Part shown: one piece after another, positions 1 through 11,529 of the stretch
Layout of the letters: each line of letters starts with the position of its first letter
Position numbering within the stretch: position 1 is the first letter of the stretch
Assembly: GCF_004010195.1 (NCBI RefSeq)
Contig: NC_057758.1
Location: 1,508,927 to 1,572,926, forward strand
Length of the DNA stretch: 64,000 bases
DNA from: Chiloscyllium plagiosum
Taxonomy: Eukaryota
Reading direction: 5' to 3'
Translations under genes and position numbers: made by a program
Notes under the pieces: generated by a model
Seen by the model: the letters and a program-made list of their open reading frames with translations, nothing else
Told to the model about the DNA's origin: nothing
Databases searched by the model: none

Positions 1-600
1 CTACCAAGTATCCGACCATTAGCCCAGTACCCCATCTTTGGTTACTATTTTGACAATAATTTGAACTTAACAAACAACATTTACATTATGCCCCAGGATA
101 CCAAAACCCAATTGAGCTTGAATTTATTATTTTGCTAACATCAAACCAATGAGACGATCCTATATTGGGGATATAAAAATGCGAACGTTTTGAAAATTGG
201 AGAGAGTGCAACTGGCATCAAGACTGACCCAAGAAATTAGAATCACTCTCTATCAAAGATACCTTTCCATATGAAACATAACAGCAGTAAAAAGGAAGAA
301 GATAACCCACGGAGATCTCAACTGGAAGAAGAAAGACACAGAAGACATCAACGGCTGTGTGCGTTTGAAATTGATGTAATTTTAACAAGTGTCTTATTGG
401 AACAGCATATGGTTATAGAACTGGAGGCAAGTAATAAGCAGTTAAGAGAAAGGGGGTTTAGAGTTGTGAATAATTGTCATTTATTGTTCACTTTTAAGAG
501 TTAAACATAAATTGGCATTATTTTCTCTAAATAATGGAATTTGGGAGTTCTCTGTCACTCATTTTACCAGATTACGAGGCAAGGTGAGCTTTTCTTAGTG
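1..600 (+). repeat. Dispersed repeat, possibly an LTR remnant; related to 47572-48260
   Basis: Collinear motifs are shared with 47572-48260 (tattttgacaata, gttgtgaataattgtc/gttgtaagtagttgtc, tttggga...ttt(t)aacag/accag). A TATA-like gatataaaa lies at about 171. No coding signal. The LTR call is inference. Confidence 0.3.
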
Positions 601-614
601 CTTGGCTTAATCAA

Positions 615-1290
615 TTGACTTGATAGAGGTGTACAAGATAATGAGAGTCATGATTTGGAGGAGCCAGTGTTCAACTGGGGTGGACAAATTTAAAAATCAC
701 ACAACACCAGGTTATAGTCCAACAAGTTTATCTGGAGACACTAGCTTTCAAAGCGCTACTTCTTCATCAGGCAGTTGTGAAGCAGGAGCATAAGACACAG
801 AATTTATAACAAAAGCTTAAAGTGTCATGCGGCTGAAATATATTAAACAAACTAAAGATCTACACAGTAACCTTTTGCGATAAATTCTGTGTTTATGGTC
901 CTTCTCCACAACTGCCTGAGGAAGAAGCAGCGCTTCAAAAGCTAGTGTGTCCAAATAAACCTTTTGGACCATTACTTGGTGTGGTGTGATTTTTAAAGAT
1001 GATGAGAGGCATAGATGGAGTGGATAGCCAGAGAATTTTTTCCAGGGCAGAAATGTCTATCACAAGGGGGCATAATTTTAAGGTGATTGGAGTAAGGTTT
1101 AGCGGAGGTGTCAGAGGTAGGTTCTTTACAGAGAGTGGTAGGTGATGCCAGTGATGGTAGTAGAATCAGATACATTAGGGACTTTTCACTAGGCACATGG
1201 ATTATAGTAAAATGGAGGTTATATAGGTTAGTTTGTCTTAGAGTAAGATAAAAGACTAGCACAACATCGAAGGTTGAAGTGCTGTACCAG
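615..1290 (+). mobile_element. CR1 LINE 3' fragment (end of ORF2 plus 3' UTR), interrupted by the 648-995 insertion
   Basis: The sequence gacttgatagaggtgtacaagataatgagag...gaggtaggttctttacagagagtgg encodes the CR1 ORF2 C-terminal motifs (DLIEVYKIMRG, RGRFF). The 3' acaacatcgaaggttgaag matches the CR1 tails at about 9625 and 36890. Confidence 0.75.
648..995. mobile_element. Penelope-type terminal fold-back (inverted repeat) element with hammerhead-like cores
   Basis: Inverted arms at about 689-815 and 872-996. TSD aagataatgagag (635-647) / aagatgatgagag (996-1008). Minus-strand core CTGATGA-A-GAAGT-agc-GCTTT-GAAA-GCTA at about 738-773. Confidence 0.75.
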
Positions 1291-1294
1291 ATTC

Positions 1295-1420
1295 ATTCCT
1301 CCCATCGACCAACCAGGTTGAACATTTTACCTGTGGTCACCTATTTACAACCCCTTTATCTGCAGCTTCACTTATACCCGCCCACAGTCCTGAAGAAGGG
1401 TACTCCCTGAAATTTTGATG
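1295..1420 (+). mobile_element. Penelope-type tail fragment with a degenerate hammerhead core
   Basis: CTGAAGA-AGGG-tact-CCCT-GAAA at about 1390-1412, followed by the tail sequence that seeds the adjacent minisatellite. Confidence 0.55.
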
Positions 1421-3083
1421 TCTCACTCTCCTGATGCTGTCTGGCTTGCTGTCCTCCTCCAGCCTCCTGCCTGTCTCACCCGCCTGAGGCTGCATGGCTC
1501 GCTGTGCTCTCCCTGCTCCTGCCTGTCTCGCTGTGCTCTCCAGGCTCCTGCCTATCTCATCCTGTTGCCTGTCTAACCTTCCTGGTGCTGTTTGGCTCGC
1601 TGTTCTCCTTGCCTCCTATCTGTCTCACCGTCCTGATACTGCCTGGCTGGCTCTGTTCTCCCTGCCTTCTGACTGTCTCACTCTCCTGATGCTGCCAGGC
1701 TCGCTATTTTCCTCCAGCCTCTTGTCTGTCTCACCCTCCTGATGCTGCCTGGCTCGCTGTATTCTCCCAGCCCCCTACTTGTCTCACCCTCCTGATGCTG
1801 CCCTGCTCGCTGTATTCTCCCTGCCCCCTACTTGTCTCACCCTCCTGATGCTGCCTGGCTCGTTGTGTTCCTCCAGCCTCCTGCCTGTCTCACCCTTTTG
1901 ATGCTGCTTAGCTCGCCATGTTCCCCCAGCTTCCTGTCTGTCTCACCGTCCTGATGCTGCCTGGCTTGCTGTGTTCTCCCTGCCTTTTGACTGTCTCACC
2001 CTCCTGTTGTTGCCTGGCTTGCTGTGTTCCTCCAGCATCCTGTCTGTCTCACTGTCCTGATGCTGCCTGGATTACTGTGTTCCTCCAGCCTTCTGCCTGA
2101 CCCACTCTACTGATGCTGCCTGGCTCGCTGTATTTTCCCAGCCTCCTGTCTGTCCCACCCTCCTGATGCTACCTGACTCACTGTGTTCCTCTAGCTTCCT
2201 GTCTGTCTCACCCTCCTGATGCTGCCTGGCCTTTTGTGTTCTCCCAGCCTCCTACCTGTCTCACCCTCCTGATGCTGCCTGGCTCGCTGTATTTTCCCAG
2301 CCTCCTGCTTGTCTCACCCTCCTGATGCTGCCTGGCTCGCTGTATTTTTCCAGCCTCCTGTCTGTCCCACCCTCCTGATGCTACCTGACTCACTGTGTTC
2401 CTCCATCTTCCTGTCTGTCTCACCCTCCTGATGCTGCCTGGCTTGCTGTGTTCCCCCAGCCTCCTATCTGTCTCACCCTCCTGATGCTGCCTGGCCTTTT
2501 GTGTTCTCCCAGCCTCCTGCCTGTCTCACCCTCCTGATGCTGCCTGGCTCGCTGTATTTTCCCAGCCTCCTGTCTGTCCCACCCTCCTGATGCTACCTGA
2601 CTCACTGTGTTCCACCAGCTTCCTGTCTGCTCACCCTCCTGATGCTGCCTGGCTTGCTGTGTTCCCCCAGCCTCCTGTCTCTCTCACCCTCCTGATGCTG
2701 CCTGGCTCGCTGTGTTCTCCCTGCCTCCTGTCTGTCTCACCCTCCTGATGCTGCCTAGCTCGCTGTGTTCTCCCAGCCTCCTGCTTGTCTCTCCCTCCTG
2801 ATTTTGCCTGGCTCGCTGTATTCCCCCAGCCTCCTGCCTGTCTCACCCTCCTGATGCTGCCTAGTTCGCTGTATTCTCCCAGCCTCCTGCCTGTCTCTCC
2901 CTCCTGAAGCTGCCTGGCTTGCTTTATTCTCCCAGCCTCCTGCTTGTCTCACCCTCCTGATGCTGCCTGGCTTGCTTTATTCTCCCAGCCTCCTGCCTGT
3001 CTCACCTTCCTGATGCTGCCTGGCTCGCTGTATTCTCCCAGCCTCCTGCCTGTCTCACCCTCCTGATGCTGCCTGGCTCGCTG
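1421..3083 (+). repeat. 53-bp minisatellite, about 31 copies
   Basis: Unit ctcaccctcctgatgctgcctggctcgctgtgttctcccagcctcctgcctgt repeated in tandem. The short ORFs called here are repeat artefacts. Confidence 0.95.
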
Positions 3084-5390
3084 CACATCCCAACACATCT
3101 TCCCTCCTTATGTCAATGTGATCCAGAGTAAATAAACTCCTATCTCTAATCTCAGCATTCCTTACCTCCCTTTGCTCAGTGAACACTGATGCAAAGTAAT
3201 CACTGAGAATTTCACCCATTTTCTCAGGTTCCACACACAACCTTCCTTCCTTATCCTTTAGTGGACCAACCTTTTCTTTGGTTACTCTCTTGCTTCTTAT
3301 GTAAGAATAAAAGACCTTAGGATTCTCTTTAATTCTGCTCGCTAAAGTTTTTTCATGATCCCTTTTAGTCCCCTTGATTCCTGGTTTAAGATTGGTCCTA
3401 CTCTCCCAATATTCCTCCAAGGCCCGTTGTATTCTTAGCTGACTGGATCTTATATATGCTTCCCTTTTCCTCTTGGCTAGTTGCACAATTTCTCCTGTCA
3501 TCCACAATTCACAAATCTTGTCTTTCCTACCCCTTGTTTTCAAAGGGACTTGCCCATCCTGCACAGTCTTTAACCTATCTTTGAAAGCCTCCCAAATATC
3601 AAATACGGACTTTCCTTCAAATAGCTGTGTCCAATCCACATTTCCCAGCTCCTGCCTAATTTTGATATAATTGGCCTTGGCCCAGTTTAGTACTCATCCC
3701 TTAGGACCACTCTCATCTTTGTCTATGAGTATTCAAAAACTTGCAGAATTGTGGTCAATATTCACAAAGAAATCTTCCATTGCAACTTCTACCACTTGGC
3801 CTGGCTCATTCTCCAACACCAGGTCCAATATGGCCACTTCCCTTGTCGGGCTATTGACATACTGCTCTAGAAAACGTTCCTGGCCTCTCCTTACAAATTC
3901 TGCTCCATCCAGACCTCTGACACTAAGTATATCCCTGTCAATGTTGGGAAAATTAAAATCTCCCATCACCACCACTCTGTTGGCTCTACATCTTTCCATA
4001 ATCTGTTTACCTATTTGGTCTTTGACCTCACGCTCACAGTTAGGAGGCCTTTAATACAGCCCCACCAATGTAACTGCACTCTTCTTATTTCTCAGCTCCA
4101 CCTCTAGCGCCTCACTGCTCAAGCCCTCCATAGTGTCCTCCTTATCAAAGCCATGATATCATCCCTGACCAGCAATGCAACTCCTCCCCCCATTTTACTT
4201 CCCACCCTGTCCTTTCTGAAACATCTGCATCCTGGAACATTTAGTTGCCAATCGTGCTCTTCCTTCAACCATGTCTCTATGATCACAATAATGTTATACT
4301 CCCAGGTACCAATCAAAGCCCTAAGTTCATCTGCCTTATCCACTATATTCCTTGCATTAAAGTATATGCATTTAAGGCTGCCAGTTCTTTTGCGTTCATC
4401 TGCTCTCTGCCTCCTCTTCCCTTTGGTAATGCTAACTTTGTGATCCTTCCAGTCTCCAGCTTCCACCTCACTGTCTAGTAGTCTTCTTTTCTGGTTCCCA
4501 GCCCCCTGTGACTTTAGTTTAAAACCACCCCAACAGAAGTAGCAAAAGCTCTCCCAAAGATATTAGCTCCCCAAAAGACATTAGCTCCCATCTGGTTCAG
4601 GTGTAGACCGTCCGATTTGTAATAGTCCCACCTTTCCCAGAACTGGTCCCAATGTCCCACAAATCTGAACCCCTCCCTCCTACACCATCCCTCAAGCCAC
4701 ATATTCATCCTGCCTATTCTTTCATTTCTACCCTGGCTAGTACGTAGCACTGGTAGCAATCCGGAGATCACTACCTTTGAGGTCTTCCTCTTTAACTTCT
4801 CTCCTAGCTCCCTGAATTCTGCTTTCAGAAGCTCATCTCATTTTGTTTACTTGTGTCATTGGTGTCAATGTGTACCATGACAACTGGCTGTTCACCCTTC
4901 CCTTTCAGAATGTTCTGCAGCCGATCAGTGACATCCCTGACTCGAGCACCTGGGAGGTAACATACCCACAGAACCACCTATTTACTCCCCTTACAATAGA
5001 ATCCCTAAAGACTATGGTCCTGTGAGTCTTTTTCCCGCCTTTCTGAACAGCAGTGCCCGCCACGTTGCCATGATCCTGGCAACTGCTTCCCTCCCCTGTT
5101 GAGCCATCTCCCCCAACAATATCCAAAATGGTATACCTGTTTTGGAGGGAGATGACAGCAGGGGACACCTGTACTGACTTCCTACGTTTTCTCTGCCGGT
5201 TGATCACCCATTCACCATCCCTGTCAGCAATCCTAAATCTGTTGTGTGACCAATTTACTAAACGTGCTAGTTATGACCTCCTCAATGTCGCAGATGCTCC
5301 ACAGTGAGTCCATCTGCAGCTCCAGAGCTGTCATGCGGTCTAACAAGAGCTGCACCTGGATAAACGTCTTGCAAGTGTAAGAGTCAGTAC
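3084..5390 (-). mobile_element. CR1 LINE, 5' half (ORF1 SGNH-esterase-like plus ORF2 APE endonuclease), frameshifted, 3' part missing
   Basis: Minus-strand ORFs show ORF1 motifs (VFRDSIVRG, ISGLLP, DGLHLN), APE motifs (YFNARNI, ETWL, GGGVALLV, MGDFNFP, LDLVL, DHN) and the tether region (IKENPKVFYSYI, YFASVFT). Confidence 0.9.
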
Positions 5391-5426
5391 TGACTGATAT
5401 GTGGCAGTAGTTGTGCCTGCAGTAAA

Positions 5427-5691
5427 TGCTGAGCTTGTTTAATGGAGCATAACGTAGGTGACACCTCCTTTATTTAAACCAGGCGAACGGGGACAATCCA
5501 ATTTTGTAACAGAACATTGTGTAAAGTAGGGCAATGCTCTGGTGAAGAGATAGTGCTGAGCTTGTTTAATGGAGCATAACGTAGGTGACACCTCCTTTAT
5601 TTAAACCAGGCGAACGGGGACAATCCAATTTTGTAACAGAACAGAATGAACATTGTGTAAAGTAGGGCAATGCTCTGGTGAAGAGATAGTG
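5427..5691 (+). repeat. Direct tandem duplication of 127 bp (intronic)
   Basis: 5427-5553 is repeated at 5554-5691. The copies are near-identical except for a ~10-bp insertion in the second (aacagaacagaatgaacattg). Confidence 0.95.
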
Positions 5692-5910
5692 GATAGCTAC
5701 CACGGGAGTGTCAAGAAATGCACATTTCACTAGATGCGTCTGCAGTCTCACCGCCGCTGGTAGTGAACCCAAGGTCTCAAAGCCAAATAATAGCATTACC
5801 CGACAAAACAAAATCAAGACTTCAATCCATATTCCATCACTGGTGGGTTTCTCAGTTTTTATTTTCCAGAAAACCCCAGGTGTTCTAAAGTGTTTTTGTT
5901 CTCCATTTAG

Positions 5911-5997
5911 ATTGACTTTCAATAAGCTCCAAGATTCAAGAGTGAAAATATTGTGTGCAGCCTTGAGGAATCCAGACTGTAAAATACAGGAACTGAA
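5911..5997 (+). CDS. NLR-family receptor (NLRP/NLRC-like), LRR exon 1 in window (87 nt)
   Basis: Acceptor ctccatttag and donor gttagt; phase 2/2. Encodes LTFNKLQDSRVKILCAALRNPDCKIQEL, a ribonuclease-inhibitor-type LRR. Confidence 0.85.
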
Positions 5998-6360
5998 GTT
6001 AGTATCAGTATTTCTACTTATATCAACTGCATGTCTGACAATGTATCTGGTTATTATTAGTTTCAGATTATTAAAAACAGAATTCCTTGTTTTGCATTTC
6101 AATTTTGGCATTTACATTAAAATATAGACAGACAAGTTGGATAGAGAGCGCAATTAGATGTGACACAAAACAGACAAGAATACATTTGTTCCTGGTTATT
6201 GGAACATCCGATGTTAACATTTATTAAAGTTGATCCAGGTCACAGCTGATTGACGTGCCACTTCCTATTCTGCAACCTGGGTCCATGTCTAAGGTCAGTC
6301 CTGCTATATTTTGTCTACATTTCCATCATTCTTCTCCTTCACTTTCTTTCTGTTCTCCAG

Positions 6361-6531
6361 ACTGGACTATAATGATCTCACCACTTCTTGTGCTGAAGAT
6401 CTTGCTGCTGCTCTAACGGTGAACCAGTCACTAACACTTCTGAATCTGGGCCATAATGAGCTGGGAGATGCTGGAGTGAAACTATTGTCTGTAGCTCTGA
6501 AGAATCCGGACTGCAAAATACAGACACTGAG
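6361..6531 (+). CDS. NLR-family receptor, LRR exon 2 (171 nt)
   Basis: Long polypyrimidine tract ending ttctccag; donor gtgagt. This is the canonical 171-nt phase-2 NLR LRR exon, encoding LDYNDLTTSCAEDLAAALTVNQSLTLLNLGHNELGDAGVKLLSVALKNPDCKIQTL. Confidence 0.93.
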
Positions 6532-6640
6532 GTGAGTACCAGGCTCTGTTAGCTGGTGTTGCAATATTTGGATGTCTGAAATTATATATCCTTATTTAGA
6601 GCAGTGTTATCAAATCAATACTGCACATTGATTATTGCAC

Positions 6641-9600
6641 AGTTGTTATGTCTGGTTTGTTACCCATGCCATGTGTTAGCGAGGCAAGGAATAGGCAGAG
6701 ATATCAGCTGAACACGTGGCTGCAAGGATGGTGCAGGAGGAAGGATTTCAGGCACATGGATAATTGGGGTTCATTCTGGGTAAGGTGGGACCTGTCCAAA
6801 CAGGACGGTCTTCAATTGAACCAGAGGGGTACTAATATCGTGGGTGTGAAATTTGCTGGTGCTATTCAGATTTAAACTAGCTCAGCAGGGGGACGGGAAC
6901 TTGCAATGTGGTTGCAGTGCACAGGAGGAAGAGAGTAGGGAGGACAGGGACAGGATTTCCGGTCACAGGAATGTGCTGGCAGAGAGCAAGCTAGTTTGAA
7001 GTGTGTCTACTTTGTATCGGAAATAAGTAGAGCTTGCAGCATGGATACGTAACTGGGACTTCGATGTTGTGGCCATTTCAGAGACATGGATAGATCAGGG
7101 TGAGGAATGGATGTTGCAGGTTCCAGGCTTTAGATCTTTAATTAAGAATAGGCAAGGTGGTAAAAGAGGGGGAGGTGTGGCCTTGTTAGTCAAGGATAGT
7201 ATGGTGGCTGAAAGAAGTTTTGATGAGGACTCATCTACTGAGGTAGTGTGGACTGAGGTTAGAAACAGGAGAGGTGAGGTCACACTGCTTGGAGTTTTTT
7301 TTTTACAGGCCTTCACAGAGTTCCAGGGAGGTGGAAGAGAGGATTAGCAAAATTATTCTGGGTAGGAGTGAAAGGAACAAAGTGGTCATTATGGGGGACT
7401 TTAACTTGCCCAACATTGACTGGAAATGGTATAACTCTGGTACGTCGGATAGATCAGTTTTTGTCCAATGTGTACAGGAGAGTTTCCTGACACAGTATGT
7501 TGAAGGGCCGACAAGAGGGGAGGCCACACTGGATCTGGTGCTTGGTAATGATTTAGTTGTAGGTGAGCACTTTGAAGAGAGTGACCATAATTCAGTTACG
7601 TTTAATTTAGCGATGGAAAGGGATAGATACATGCCACAGATCAAGAGTTATCAATGGGCCAAGGGCAGTTATAATACGATTAGGCAAGAATTAGAATGCA
7701 GAGAATGTGGTAGCAAAATGCGGGGGATACAGACAATGTGGAGCTGGTTTAAGGAACAGTTATTGCATTTCCTTGATAGGTATGTCCCTATCAGGCAGGG
7801 AGGAAATGATAAGGTAAGGGAACCGTGGTTTCCGACAGAAATTGCATTTTTTGTTAAGCAGGAGCATTTGTGCTGATGAGGCAAAATGGTTCAGATGAGG
7901 TGACTGAGAGTTACAGATCAGCTAGAAAGGATTTGAAGAGAGAGTTAAGAAGTGCACAGAGAGGACACGAGCAATCTTTAGCAAATAGAATAAAGGAGAA
8001 CCCTAAAGCTTTCTATAGGTATGCGAGGAATAAAAAGATGAGGAATAGGGTCAGTCAAAGACAGAAGTGGGAAGTTGAGTGTGGACCCTGTGGAGATCAG
8101 AGAGGTGCTAAATGAACATTTCTCATCGGTTTTCACTCAGGAAAAGGAGAATATTGTAGAGGAGAAGAATGAGGTACAAGATATTAGACTAGAAAGGATC
8201 AAGGTTAGTTACGAGCAGGTGTTATCAATTCTAGAAGGAGTGAAAGAAGACATCCCTGGGCCGGATGGGATTTATCCGAGGGTTCTCTGGGAAGCTAGGG
8301 AGGAGATAGCAGAGCCTTTGGCTTTGATATTTGAGTCGTCATTGTCTACAGGTTTAGTACCAGAGGACTGGAGGATTGCAAGTGTTCAAGAAGGGCAGTA
8401 GAGATGACCCAGGTAATTATATACCAGTGAGCCTTACTTCTGTTGTAAGAAAGGTTTTGGAAAGGATTAAAAGAGAGAAGCAACAATTTGATTTCAGGTA
8501 GCCAAGCTGGTTTCATCAGATCATGTCTCACAAACCTCATTGAGTTTTTTGAGAAGGTGACCAAGCATGTGGATGACAGTAGGGCAATTGACGTGGTGTA
8601 CAGGGACTTCAGTAAAGCCTTTGATAAGGTTCCACATCGTAGGCTGTTGGAGAAAATGCAGGCAGTGAGTGGGTAGTTGATGGGAAATATTCAGCCTGGT
8701 CTCCGGTTACTAGTGGTGTGCCACAAGGGTCTGTTTTGGGACCACTGCTGTTTGTCATTTTTATCAATGACTTAGATGCTGGCATAGTTTGATGGATTAG
8801 TAAATTTGCAGATGACACTAAAGTCGGTGGAGTAGTGGACGGTTTTGAAGAATGTTACAGGTTGCAGGGGGACTAGCATAAACTGCAGAATTGGTCTGAG
8901 AGATGGCAAATGGAGTTCTATGCAGCTAAATTTGAGGTGATGCACTTTGGGAAGAATAACTGGAAGGCAGAATACTGTATGGTGTGGATATGCAGAGGGA
9001 TCTTGGAGTCCATGTATATAGATCCCTGAAAGTTGCCACCCAGGTTGATAGTGCTATTAAGAAGGCATATGGTGTGTTGGGTTTCATTGGTAGAGAGATT
9101 GAGTTCCAGAGCCGCAATATCATGCTGCAACTATACAAAATGCTAATGTGGCCACACTTGGAATATTATGTACTGTTCTGGTCGCCATATTTCGGGAAGG
9201 ATGTGGAAGCATTGGAAAAGGTGCAGAGGAGATTTACCAAGATGTTGCCTGGTCTGGTGGGAAGGTCTTATGAGGAAAGGCTGAGAGACTTGGATCTGTT
9301 CTCATTGGAAAGAAGAAGGCTAAGAAGGGATTTGATACAGTCATACAAGATGATCGGAGAATTAGATAGGGTAGACAGTGAAAGTCTGTTTCCTAGGATG
9401 ATGATGTCAGCTTGTACGAGGGGGCTTAACTACAAAGTGAGGGGTGATAGATTTAAGACAGATGTCAGGTTCTTTACTCAGAGAGTGGTAAGGGCGTGGA
9501 ATGCCTTACCTGCCAATGTAGTTAACTCAGCCACATAAGAGAGATTTAAACAATCCTTGGATAAGCACATGGATGATTTTGGGATAGTGTAGGGGGACGA

Positions 9601-9694
9601 GGTAAGAACAGTTCACAGGTTGGCGCAACATCGAGGGCTGAAGGGCCTGTCCTGTGCTGTACTGTTCTATGTTTTATGTTCTATGTTCTGTTCT
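6641..9694 (+). mobile_element. CR1 LINE, 5'-truncated (end of ORF1, APE and RT of ORF2, 3' tail), intronic, with multiple frameshifts
   Basis: Motifs SGLLP/DGLQLN (ORF1), [37 protein letters not shown] and HLEYYVLFWSP. (TTCTATG)n-type tail at about 9663-9694. Possible TSD cacagt (6638-6643 / 9698-9703). Confidence 0.93.
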
Positions 9695-9772
9695 CATCAC
9701 AGTCAAGTTAATGTTAAAACAACTGCCAAGGATTTACTCCAATTCCTATTATTTCTCTCTCTGATCTTCAAG

Positions 9773-9898
9773 GCCAGATGGTCACAGCGTTATACACTCT
9801 TAGTGCAAACCAATTACTGGCTGCTCTGAACTGCAATAAATCGCATGATTTGGCAGTGAATCCTTTTAAATGCAATCTGAAGTTATTCTGAAAATAAG
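9773..9898 (+). pseudogene. Decayed LRR pseudo-exon of the NLR gene
   Basis: Acceptor-like ctctgatcttcaag (compare ctctgatcctcag of the next exon). The remnant TLSANQLLAALNCNKSHDLAVN aligns to ALSTNQSLTLLNLGHNELGDAGVK. It is shortened, has in-frame stops and ends at aag|gtcagt. Confidence 0.55.
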
Positions 9899-10358
9899 GT
9901 CAGTGATCAGAATGGATTAGTGTGGAAAACAATTGCAACACTGGCACAGCTTGTTGGAACATCCTGTATTCTCAGTTGTACAATCTCCACAGCTGCAGCG
10001 TCTCACAGCAGAACAGAACGCAGTAAATGGATTCTATCAGAACTCTATTCTGGTCTTCATTGTTGTCTCCCCTATCTTCTTACTTACAATATGGCCATTG
10101 TCTGCTTTCTCCCAGTGCTAAGGAAAGTTCATTGGAAAGAGAAGTGAAGTCTCCTCTTTGCTCTTTTTTCGATGCTATCAGACCCGCTGATTATTGCCAA
10201 CATATTCTATTTGTATTTCAGATTTTCAGCACTGAAAATATTTCTCCTTCTGGATGGGTGGAAATTGTGCTTCCTGAATATCTTAGACTGTATTGTTATT
10301 GTCATTAAAGCATTGGATTTCCCCGGATTCCCATTATCTTTCAATCTCTGATCCTCAG

Positions 10359-10517
10359 GTTGGACAGTAATGTTCTCACATACTCGTGCACAGAGGATCT
10401 CGCCTTTACTCTCATTACAAACCAATCACTAATGGGATATAATAACCCACAGGGTTCTGGGGTGAAGCTGCTGTCTGTTGCTCTGAGCAACCCGAATTGT
10501 AAAATAAAGAACCTGAA
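10359..10517 (+). CDS. NLR-family receptor, LRR exon 3 (159 nt, 12-nt in-frame deletion)
   Basis: Acceptor atcctcag; weak donor gttgtg; phase 2/2. Encodes LDSNVLTYSCTEDLAFTLITNQSLMGYNNPQGSGVKLLSVALSNPNCKIKNL. Confidence 0.8.
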
Positions 10518-10614
10518 GTTGTGTTTATAATAACTGGCTGTTATCATGACTGTCAGGAATTGGGCTAATAAACATTGTAATACTCTCATGATTGTTTTCC
10601 TCTCTAATCCCTAG

Positions 10615-10782
10615 CCTTGAAATGAATGGCATCACAGATTCTTGTACAGAGGATCACTCCTCAGCTCTCAGTACGAACCAATCACTAACACTACTGATCT
10701 TGAATTCAAACTCCTTCACCGACCCGTCTGTTCCCACTCTTCAGGGCCTAGTCCACACCTGCAAGAATCTGAAGCATACCCA
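10615..10782 (+). CDS. NLR-family receptor, penultimate LRR exon (168 nt)
   Basis: Acceptor aatccctag; donor gtgagt. Encodes LEMNGITDSCTEDHSSALSTNQSLTLLILNSNSFTDPSVPTLQGLVHTCKNLKHT, in frame with both neighbours. Confidence 0.88.
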
Positions 10783-10944
10783 GTGAGTTTTAGTGTTGTC
10801 CAGCGTTATTTTACTACAGAATAAAGAACATATAAATGGCTTTCTGTTAGGTTTCTACTGAACATTGCTCTGTGTTTATTGTTCAGTGTTTAACTGCAGT
10901 CTCCCTCTTGTTTATTGGTTTATTTCCTGTTTAATCTGTTCCAG

Positions 10945-11110
10945 GCTGAAGAGCAATATGTTCAGTCCAAACGGAAGAGGACAACTGGAGACACTGAAGG
11001 GATCCCGACTGTGTGTGACGATCAGAACAGTTCAATTTATAACCTTCGCTGCTCACTGCGTGATTGTTTCCAACCAATCCACTCAGTTTGCCCTACCTGT
11101 CTGGCCTTGA
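10945..11110 (+). CDS. NLR-family receptor, terminal coding exon
   Basis: Acceptor ctgttccag; phase 2. Encodes LKSNMFSPNGRGQLETLKGSRLCVTI...VWP with stop TGA at 11108-11110. LxxNxF followed by a helix is the usual LRR cap. Confidence 0.75.
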
Positions 11111-11441
11111 AGCAAGTGTGACAGCAACACATGCAAACAGCACTCATTTTTGGAGGTGCTGAAGGGAGGAGAAGGAATCACCACATCCAACCTCTTACTT
11201 TCCTCCGCCGCTCAGAGTTCTGTAGAATGTGCTGTACCAGACATAGTGTCTGCCATCTGGTGACCCGGCCCTTCTGGGACATTGCCACCAATAATTACAG
11301 GAATACAGGCGAGGTCGAGGCATCACCTTCAGCCTGGTTGCAGGGTACTTTTCTTCTTAAAGATTCAATTCTGAATTCAGATAATAAGCGATGAGACTGA
11401 ATTAAACGACACCCCAAAGGCTGGAGTAATTTTAATGCAGA

Positions 11442-11447
11442 AATAAA
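11442..11447 (+). promoter_or_regulatory. Candidate polyadenylation signal for the NLR gene
   Basis: First AATAAA downstream of the stop codon (about 330 nt after it). Confidence 0.4.
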
Positions 11448-11529
11448 GCATGAAGTCACAATATAATTAATTCATTCAAACTTCCCTCCAGGAAGGGCAC
11501 GTCCCATTGCATGCAGAGAAGGTCTGTCC

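Noticed and set aside
1421..3083. Regular repeat array as a CRISPR-like locus or a repetitive protein gene
   Set aside because: The units are contiguous with no unique spacers, the 53-bp period shifts frame and introduces stops, the context is eukaryotic and there are no cas genes.
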